Shown here: positions 27,401 to 38,000 of the stretch, piece after piece | Layout of the letters: each line of letters opens with the position of its first letter | How positions within the stretch are numbered: the stretch's first letter is position 1 | Source: Octopus sinensis | Lineage: Eukaryota | Assembly (NCBI RefSeq): GCF_006345805.1 | Contig: NC_042999.1 | Location: forward strand, 101,680,001 to 101,744,000 | Direction of reading: 5' to 3' | DNA length: 64,000 nt | Notes under the pieces: generated by a model | Seen by the model: only the letters and a program-made list of their open reading frames with translations | What the model was told of the DNA's origin: nothing | Databases searched by the model: none | Made by a program: the position numbers and the translations under genes

Positions 27401-28974
27401 ATTCTATATTTACACACTCTGTTTAAAGTAATTTATACATACATTTACTGTTCGGTCTTAATATGATCATCACTACATCACTAAAAAGCAATAAGATCTC
27501 AGTTCAGTTATTGAGATTACAGGCTCTGAAATTGACATGAGAAATTTTATTAAATGATGTAATTTTCAGTGTTAGAATAATGAAGAAACTTCAAGTAAAT
27601 CTCACCTATAACATCAAATACAGATTCAAAACAAATGTTTGCGCTGTCATCATCATCATCATCATTATCATACAGCCACTTTCCATATTGGTGTTGTAAT
27701 TAGGTTATGAGTCAGTTCTCTCATACAGAATTTGTGCTCCCTTGATGGGTCAAAGGATCACATGTGCATGTTTCACTTTGGGCTTGATTTCTATAGATGG
27801 ATGACCTTCCTATCACCAACCACTTTACAAAGTATATTGATTGCATTTTATTGTAGTACTAACACAACAGAGAATGTCATATCCTTGATAAGATTTAGAA
27901 GTTGTATCAACATAATTTCTTTTTTCTTTCTTTCAAAAGCCTGGAACTAGAGTATATTATGCTTTGTGTACTGGGATTTAATAAACCAGCTACCATTTGT
28001 TAGTATTGATATTGTCTGGTGGTGTTAGTGGCGTGACTGATATATTTTTGATGACACAATAAAAGGCACAATAAAACAAAATGCTTTGCATATTCCTACA
28101 GAGTTTTTGCATGGTACATGATTCTTACTGATATATCTGTTTTAGTATGTTCAAATAATACATGTTTTTAGTATGTTTAGATAATAGAATAGTCTTTCCT
28201 TTGTTTGTCTGCTCCTTGTAGAACCTTGCTATTTATATATGTGCCTTCCAAATCTTCTTATGCAATCCTTTCTATCAGCTTTCATCTTTCTTTATTTCTG
28301 CTAATGCTCCCCTATTCAAGATAGAAAGCTTTGTTTTATTCTATTCTCTGTTAATGTTGCGTAAAAGAAATGCTTTACACGACAGAGCTGCCAATCACAC
28401 ACACCTCAAACTGTAGGACCAAGTTTGTTGTAGCAGACTTTTACTCTGCCAGGCCTACTGACAAATAGTAGGTGCCTTTCTTTGAGCCTTTAATAGGAAC
28501 TCCATATTTACAAAGCGAAAAATACAATGGTGTTTATACAGAAAGATCAAGGGTCATGTTTAGTTAGGTAAACAAATATTTCACTTGCTTATCAAAGTAT
28601 TACATTATAGAAGTATGGCCTACAATTTAATTTCAGTAAAAAAGAGGGTGCATATTTTAGCATAATTAAGGAGGGTGAAGCTGCATGGTCTAGTGGCTAG
28701 GGGAGTTGTACTTACAATCATGAGTGTGGTTTCAATTCTCAGACTAGTTGTGTTCTTGAGCAAGGCATATTGTTTCATGTTGCTCCACTCTACTCAGCTG
28801 TAAATGGGTAACCCTACAACAGACTAGCCTTCCAATCAGGGACATTGTTGGTCTGCTTGCCTAGCCAGTAGAGTAGCATCATTCAATAACTAAAATGATG
28901 CAAAATGCATTGTGACCAGCAGTGTATAGCATCTGATAGTCTGGTTGATGCTGTAATAATTAAGGATATAATGC

Positions 28975-29013
<39 letters not shown>

Positions 29014-32000
29014 AATAGATAACTGTACAAAGAGTTTGAGGTTTCAAAATGAAGCAATAGAAAAACGTATGCCCTTTGAATATGAGAACATTCATGTTAT
29101 ATAAGAATTAAAACCAATCCAAATATCCTAAGTTGTGGTAATTTTCAGTGTTTAGAAAATATGAGAGTAGCTGCTGATTTCACTGGAAGGGTACCAGCCA
29201 CTAGCACTACATTGAATCTGTATCAGAGACTATTAATTCAGTGCCTCAACATAATATTGTAGACACTGCTATATAACTAAAGACTTTCATGAGTTTATCC
29301 TGCTAATCTGAAATCTTTGCAAGGGTAACATCTGTATTAAACTGGTGTCTTCTTTTGCAAAGTTTGAGGTACTTCCCACTTTTCTTGAAGTGTAACAATG
29401 CTCTGACACCATTTGGTAATTCACTGAGGGAACCTATATTTGATCACTCAACCTGCTAGAAATAACAGCCCAGTATCCCATAAATAACATATTACCATCT
29501 TCAGGAAAGAAAGGATGCATTTGATAATGTAGTTCTGAACACACTAATTTTGAAAAACAAATAGGAAATAATTATGGCAGGAATGTTCTTGATCATAATT
29601 CTGATCAATCAGACCTAATTAATGACAACAACTATATAATGATAGCAGTGGGTAAAAGAAAAGCGAAAAATACATATTGTAGACAAATACAGAACTGCAA
29701 CATATTGTAACATTTCTAGTATAGCATATTACTTGATGATGTTACATACCTTGCGACACTCCACCATTTTGTCTTTTGCTTCAACAATTACTACAGAGTT
29801 TGTTAAAGATTGTTGTATCCAAATTCTTGGATACTATTGTGAAACCATGGTACAATAATAACTAGAATCATAATATCATATATGAAGTGTGCTGAAAAGT
29901 TCCTGGCTTTAAGGGTATAGTGAAAGGTCTGGTTGGTGGTACAACTTCCCGAGTTAGTTCTTTTACAGGGTTTAGAAAAACTGAAGGTCTGCTGCAATAA
30001 GTGTGTGAATCTGAGGAAATATGTTGGATAAAATCATAATTAACTGATCCTCCTGTATTTTCTTTTACCCAAAGCAAGGAACCTTTCAGCACCCCCTCAT
30101 GTGTGTGTATATATGTGTATGTGTGTGCAGCACTATCCGTGTGGAATATATATATATATATATATACTTTCTTATCTAATTTCAGCCTCAACTGAAATCC
30201 ATCAAAGGCCTAACAAATCTGAACGTAATAAGACTAATGGTCATTCAGAATATCCAAACAATATTGCTGTAGTCAATTCACAGCAGAGTTCTGTAAGTAC
30301 TAGTCCCATTGGCTCTCCAGCAAATGACCTCAAAGAAGACAAAATTTTATTAGCTAAAAAACTTCTGCACCCTGTAAGCCCACAGCTGTCATCTAAATGC
30401 ATGATAGAAGAACTTGAAGAATCTGAAAAGTTGAAAGAACTCGAGATAGAAAGGACAGACTTTGCTTCAACTAAACCTAACTTTGTCAACCCTACTTGTT
30501 TGTCTGAGTGGGGCTCATGCAATGCAGAGTTGACGGCCAAGAATTCACATGAACGATCAAATGGATTGAGAGAATCTGCCAGTGAGTCTGGTTATTCTGT
30601 TAGCAGTCCTATTTCTCCAAGGTCTCCTTCAATTGTAAATGGTTATGATCAGAATGAAAATCAGTCACTGGATTATGGTTACCAACATCTAGAAGATAAA
30701 TTACAATTTCAGGTAAGCTGTTTTCAGAACTTCAATGTTGCTTTGAGAAAATTTTATCATTTGACATTGTAGACATGTTATTTCTGACATCAATTTTCTA
30801 AATGTTCAATGAGTATAAAAATTTGACTTCTTGCATTAGTTGTTAAAAAATTGTTTTAATAATTTCTGAGTGTAAGGTAGCAAGCTGGCAGAATCGTTAG
30901 CATGCCATGTAAAATGCTTAGCAACATTTTGTCCATCTTTATGTTCTGAATTCAAATTCCGCTGGGGTCAACTTTGCTTTTCATCCTTTTGGAGTTTGAT
31001 AAAAGGAATACCAGTTGAACATTGGCATTGATATAATCAACTTAGCCCCCCCCCAAAAAAATTACTGGCCATGTGCCAAAATTTGAGACTTATAATTTTT
31101 GTGTGTTATGTCATAATTTTTAACACTGTCATAAATCCATAAAATTTAGAGGCAGTCTCAGTCATTTAAAATGATTCCAATATTTTTTCAATTTTTCATT
31201 TAGTATTGTCTCCCGATTCATACAAACCCATTTGCTAGCTCACGATTAACAGAACCTCTTTACTCAGCTACGGTGTTATATTAGCTATCAATAATGATAT
31301 TCCCTCTGATTTTTCTGATTTTCAAACCTATTTATCTAATGTTTATTTATCGACAATGCCGTCCCCAGTCAAATTCCCTCACACCGCTTATTGTCACGTG
31401 TCCCTTGACCTCTCTCTCTAACTAACCCTATCTCTCTCTCGCTATGTCCCCCCTTCCCATAACCATCATCGCCATGGTCCTCTATGCCCCCCCCCCCTCC
31501 CCAAAACCATCATCGCCATACATAAAAGAGCGATCGCATTTATCGTTAACCCCACTCGCTTCAAAATATCTAAAGAATACGCACAGATCATGAATGGCTA
31601 AAAGTTAAGTGAATCGTCCAACCTCGCTACGACTACCTTCTTTCTTGCACTTATCCTTATTCTTTCTCTATTCTTCAATTTCCATCTCATTGTATTGTCC
31701 CTCATTCTTTCAGTATTCCCTCATTACCCTGTCTAGCTCAAACATTTTTTTTTCGTTTAGACTTGTCTCCAGGTTCATAGCCACTCTGATTTTTCAATTT
31801 TTCAATTTTTCGTTTAGTATTGTCTCCCGATTCATACAAACCCATTTGCTAGCTCACGATTAACAGAACCTCTTTACTCAGCTACGGTGCACCCGCCCTC
31901 CCACCCCCACCACGCATGCCGGAAGTTCCTATTCTCTTCCATCCCGGGGTTGCTTCCCATGAAGACTGCAAATGCTCTCACCATCCCTACCCCTCCCTAC

Positions 32001-35000
32001 CCCTAGTCTCGACCTATGTAAGGTAATGTTCATACAGTGCAAAATATGAAAGGCTAGCGTTATGCAGGTTGTACTGAAGGCTACTTTACTACTTCATTTC
32101 TTGCACATGAATTCTGCCAAATGCGAGCTTTCTTTTCAGGTACACGAAGCTACTGTCCACCGTCCCAGGGTCTCTAGAGCCCATGCCTTCCACACCCTCA
32201 GGGTTGGCACCCTCAACGTTGGCACTCTGAAAGGTAGGTCTGGTGAGATAGTCGAGATGCTTGAACGGAGATGTGTGGATATATGTTGCATGCAAGAAAT
32301 AAGGTGGAGAGGAGGATCAGCTAGGTTCCTCACAGGCAAGGAACGCAGGTACAAGATTTTCTGGGCAGGGAACACTGACGGGGTTGGTGGCGTGGGTATA
32401 CTTATCGCTGAGAAATGGGTAGATAAAGTAATTGAGGTAATCAGAGTAAGTGACAGAATACTTAAGATTAGATTAGTGCTTCATCATAGTTTAGCAACCA
32501 TTATATCAGCCTATGCTCCTCAGTCGGGGCTACCCGATGGACAGAAAGACCGATTCTATGACACTCTACTGCAGACTACCTCATTGACGAACGACAGAGA
32601 CCTTATCTCTGTGGCTGGTGACTTCAATGGTCACGTTGGACGACATGCTGGGGGCTTCCATGGCGTACATGGAGGCTATGGCTATGGCTCCCGCAACAAG
32701 GAGGGAACCAGGCTGCTGGAGTTCTGCGATGCAAATAATCTTATGATTTGCAACACTAACTTCAGGAAACCTACCAGCCACCTAGTCACTTACCAATCGG
32801 GCCAACATACCAGCCAAATTGACTACATCCTTACAAGGCAAAGGGAGAGATGGCTGCTTATAAATGCCAAAACCTTCCCAGGTGAAGAATGTACCCCACA
32901 ACATAGACTGGTAGTTAGTGACTTTAGGATCAGGACTAGGAGGACAACCAGAAGACGACAAATATGGAGAAGAAGGATCTGGAAGCTTAAAGATCCTGCA
33001 AATGGACAGAGATTTAGGGACATATTACTTGAAGCCTCTGACGAAGTAGAAGGGGATAGAGCATCACAGGGGGTAGAAGACAGCTGGACGTTTCTAAGGG
33101 ACAACCTGCTGAGAGCCACTGACCAGATCTGTGGCTGGTGCAAAGTCCCCTCTCGACCTAGAATAACGTGGTGGTGGAACAATATTGTAGACAGGGCTAT
33201 TAGAGAAAAGAGACAGGCTTGGAAGGTCTGGAAAAATGGGGGTAGCAGGGAATTGTATCAGACTGCCAAAAGAGAAGCTAGGAGACAGGTTTATTTAGCC
33301 AGAGGGGAAGCAGATAAGAAAAAATTTGCCAATGTTCTGCGCCGTGAGGACCAAAGACTGGAGGTGTTTCGTGTTGCAAGACAGTGTGTGAGAGAGAATC
33401 GTGATGTGGTAGGAGAGAAGTGTGTTCGCATGGAAGATGGTTCACTTGCGCTAAATGAGGATGCAAAGAGAGAGGTTTGGAGATGCCACTATGAAAGGTT
33501 GCTGAACGAAGAAAATGAATGGGATAAAGAGAGTCTGCCGAATGTTGACCCAACAGAGGGACCAGCTATCCGAGTTGATAGTTCTGTGGTAGCTAAGGCA
33601 ATTAGAAGCATGAAGACAGGGAAAGCCCCAGGCCCATCAGGAATCACTGCAGAAATGCTCAAAATGTCTGGTAGTGTCGGCTATAGCCTAGTCACCCATA
33701 TAGTTAATCAGGTGATACACAAAGGGGTCATACCCAATGACTGGTGTAGCAGTATAATAGTCAACTGCTACAAAGGTAAAGGTGATGCCCTAGATACAAA
33801 TAACTACAGAGGTATCAAGCTGTTGGACCAGGTGATGAAGGTTACGGAGAGGGTCATAGCCCAACTAATTAGAGAGAAAGTTAGTTTAGATGAGATGCAG
33901 TTTGGGTTTGTGCCAGGGAAAAGTACTACTGATGCTATATTCCTGGTAAGGCAGCTGCAGGAGAAATACCTAGCCAAAGATAAGCCCCTGTACCTGGCTT
34001 TTGTTGACATGGAGAAAGCCTTCGACAGGGTCCCCCGATCCCTTATCTGGTGGGCAATGAGAAAACTAGGGATAGATGAATGGTTAGTGAGAGCTGTGCG
34101 GGCCATGTATAGGGACACCGCTAGTAGGGTGAGGGTTGGAAATGAGTACAGTGAAGAATTCCGGGTAGAGGTAGGGGTCCACCAAGGCTCAGTACTCAGC
34201 CCCCTCCTATTTATCTTAGTCCTCCAGGCAATAACGGAGGAATTCAAGACAGGATGCCCTTGGGAGCTCCTCTATGCTGATGACCTTGCTCTATTTGCTG
34301 AGTCGCTATCAGAACTGGAGGAGAAGTTTCAGGTGTGGAAACAAGGATTAGAATCGAAGGGCCTCAGAGTCAATCTAGCTAAAACCAAAGTCGTAATCAG
34401 TAGGAAGGTAGACAAATCACAAACACCTTCAGGTAGATGGCCCTGCTCGATCTGTAGAAAAGGTGTAGGTAGAAACTCTATAAGATGCACCAAGTGTAAG
34501 CTATGGACACATAAGAGATGCAGCAATGTCAAAGGAAGGCTAACTAGGAAGATGGTTTTTGTATGTGGCAGATGCTCAGGAACAATAAACACTGAAAATG
34601 CTCTGAGACCAACTTCCGTCACTTTCCAGGGAGAAAAACTAGAAATAGTTGATAGTTTCCGTTACCTAGGTGACCAAGTCAGCAGCGGGGGCGGGTGTGC
34701 TGAAAGTGTAACTGCTAGAGTAAGAATAGCTTGGGCAAAGTTCAGAGAGCTCTTACCTCTGCTGGTGACAAAAGGCCTCTCGCACAGAGTGAAAGGCAGA
34801 CTGTATGATGCGTGTGTACGAACAGCCATGCTACATGGCAGTGAAACATGGGCCGTGACTGCTGAGGATATGCGTAAGCTCGCTAGAAATGAAGCCAGTA
34901 TGCTCCGATGGATGTGTAATGCCGGTACTCACACTCGGCAGAGTGTAAGTACCTTGAGAGAAAAGCTGGACCTAAGAAGCATCAGTTGTGGTGTGCAAGA

Positions 35001-38000
35001 GAGACGTTTGCGCTGGTATGGTCATGTGGCGAGAATGGATGAAGATAGTTGTGTGAAAAAGTGCCACACCCTAGCGGTTGAGGGAACCTGTGGAAGAGGC
35101 AGACCCAGGAAAACCTGGGACGAGGTGGTGAAGCACGACCTTCGAACTTTAGGTCTCACTGAGGAAATGACTAGAGACCGAGACCTCTGGAAGTGTGCTG
35201 TGCGCGAGAAGACCCGGCAGGACAAGTGAGTCTACAACCCGTGGCCTTCTACATGGGATGGAGCCAGCCTACGTATGCATACCTTCCCTTCTTGGGACAC
35301 AAAACTCTACTTGTGAAGACGTGTTGAGGCAAGTGAGGATCAGAATCGAAATCGATCAATGGAAATTGCGGATGTGCTACCAGTGCCGGTGGCATGTCGA
35401 AACTCTGCTTGTGAAGACCCATTGAGGCAAGTGAGGATCAGAATCGAAATCGATCAATGGAAATTGCAGATGTGTTACCAGTGCCGGTGGCATGTAAGAG
35501 AACTTTCCGTTTCGCGACCGTTGCCAGCACCGCCCCGTTTCGTGTCCGTTGCCAGCCTCGCCTGGCCCTCGTGCCGGTGGCACATAAAAAGCACCATCCG
35601 TTCGTGGCCGTTTGCCAGCTCTGTCTGGCACCAGTGCGGGTGGCACGTAAAAAGCACCCACTACACTCACGGAGTGGTTGGCGTTAGGAAGGGCATCCAG
35701 CCGTAGAAACACTGCCAGATTTGACTGGGCCTGATGAAGCCTTCTGGCTTCACAGACCCCAGTAGAACCGTCCAACCCATGCTAGCATGGAAAACGGACG
35801 CTAAATGATGATGATGATGATGATGATTTGACTGGTACTTATTTTATTGACATGTAAATGATGAAAGATAAAATCAGATTCAGCAGAATTGGAACCTAAA
35901 ATCTAAAGCTATGCAACTAAATACTGCTTCTGTCACTCATCACCCTTGCTTTTACCATTCACGTATGATATGGCAGTGTTTCTTTCTTACAGAACAATAC
36001 TCATTAAAATCATTTTGTCTTTCCCATCTGATCTAAAGACAGACTGAAAATAGCTGTAACACATTACTTCACTTGGTCCACAATCTGTTTTAAGCTGCCC
36101 AGTACTTTCTATAAAATGGTTGACATTAGGAAGGGCATCCAGCTATAGAAACCAAGCCAAAAGAGATTATGGAACCTGGTGCAACCCCTGGTCTTGCCTT
36201 GAAAAACAGACATTAAATGATGATGATGATGACAATGATTTGTTTTCTTGCATGAAGAAATCAAAAAATTCTCAATAATGCAGTGCACCTGAGCACTGAA
36301 TACAATAATCCTTTCATCCTTTCAATGTTGATACAATAAGTACCAATTGAGCACTGGGATTAATATAATCGACTTAGTCCCTCCCCCAAAATTGCTAGCA
36401 TTGTGCCAAAATTTGAAACCACTATGATGATGATGATGAACAACAGACAAAATCATTAGAATGTCAGAAAAAATGCTTTGTGATATTTGTGCCAGTTCTT
36501 TAATTCTGATTTCAAACCCTGTTGAGGTCAATTTGGTTTTCATCCTTTCAGGGTCAATAAAATAAACTTACTCTCCAAAATTGCTGGCCTTGTGCTAAAA
36601 TTAGAAAGGATTGTTATTGTTATTATCATTCAGGCAGTGAACTGGCAGAATCTTTAAGCATGCTGGGTGAAATGTTTGGCAGTATTTCTTCTGGATTTAT
36701 GTTCTAAGTTCAAATGCCACTATATCAGCAACCAGCTTATGCTCATTAGCAGCTGAGTAAAATGAGCCACCTGAGATGAAATGTTTTACTCATAGACACA
36801 AGTCCAGGAAGTCCAGGAAATGAACCCATGACCTTACAATTATGAATTGGACATCCTAACCATTAGGCCACATGGCTTCATAACTGTTAACTGTAAATAC
36901 AAACAGCTCTAACTGCAACCAAGACATGTAATGACTGACAACTGTTTTGATAGATCACTTAATCTGGTTGAGGTAACAGTCACATTTCCACATCCTGCTG
37001 TCTTTAAGAAATAAATAGTAGATAATGTATTCCAAGATAGACTATTCCTAGAAGAAAAAAATAGGATTGTTAGGTCAGCACCTATGACACTTTTCAAGGC
37101 TTTTGAGATTAGTGGAGGAATGTAGGATGTTACCCTCACAATGGGGACCTGATTTGAATCCTTGTGCCCAAGAACCAGATAGTTCAACATTAGCTGTTAA
37201 ACCACCTGGTCCTTGAGTACAGGGATTCAAGCAAGGTTTCTGATTAAGTTTATCACCTAGGATAATCAAGGTACCATGGATTGAATGCTTTTAGTCATAG
37301 ATTTACATGACAGTAGCTTACTTCGAGGTAAGGTCAATAACCATTTCATATGCTGAGGAAGAAAGGATAGAAAGAGTGGTTGAAATCTTTCAACTATTTG
37401 ACTTTATGGAAATTGGGATAAGCTCAACACATCATGATAATATTCTAGTAGTGGTTCAAAACAGGAATAATTTTTTTTTAATAATTATTTACATATTTAC
37501 TATTAAATATTGGATAGTCTATCATTATTATCATCTTCATTTAACATCCATTTTCTATGCTAGCATGGGTTGGATGGTTTGACAGGAGCTAGCAAGATGG
37601 AGAGCTACACCAGGCTCCAATTGTCTGTTTTGGCATGGTTTCTAGTCGGTTATTCTTCCTAACACCAACCATTTTACAGAGTGTACTGGGTGCTTTATAC
37701 ATGGCACCAGCATAAAAAAAGAGTTTCTGATATCAGACCTATTTCCATTCATCTTAACTTGAATTTTCCTTATTTAAAATTTTTACAATCAAATGGAGTG
37801 AATTAAACTTGTAACAAGCTATTTCCTCAACTGTTTTACATGAAAATGTTTTAAAAATAACTGATTTTTTTCTTCAATATTTTACAGAATAACCAAATTG
37901 CTGAACTAGAGAAGAAAATCGAGGAACTAAAGAGGTTATATATTTATTTTCCATTTAATTTATATAATCTTACTCTTGTGATGAATATATTTAGTTTAAT

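Larger units (their letters stand above)
31183..35827 (+). mobile_element. Apparently full-length RTE-clade LINE in a WDCP intron, sense orientation
   Basis: Abrupt rise in GC and CpG content; ~0.9-kb 5' region; single long ORF; repeat-rich 3' UTR; (GAT)n tail at 35805-35827; the two flanks rejoin into a split SINE. Confidence 0.93.

Noticed and set aside
31352-31379. ccccagtcaaa.tccc resembles the reverse complement of a conserved 28S rRNA segment
   Set aside because: Only about 15 matching bases with no extension; compatible with chance.
32089-35225. Several antisense ORFs inside the LINE
   Set aside because: These are shadow ORFs of a GC-richer coding strand with no recognisable motifs.
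35733-35753. CTGATGA followed by a hairpin in the RTE 3' UTR as a hammerhead ribozyme
   Set aside because: No GAAA follows stem II, and other copies read cctggtgca here. It is better explained as the 3' recognition hairpin.
35195-35775. Overlapping ORFs in the LINE 3' UTR
   Set aside because: They arise from GC-rich tandem repeats, and the array differs between copies.
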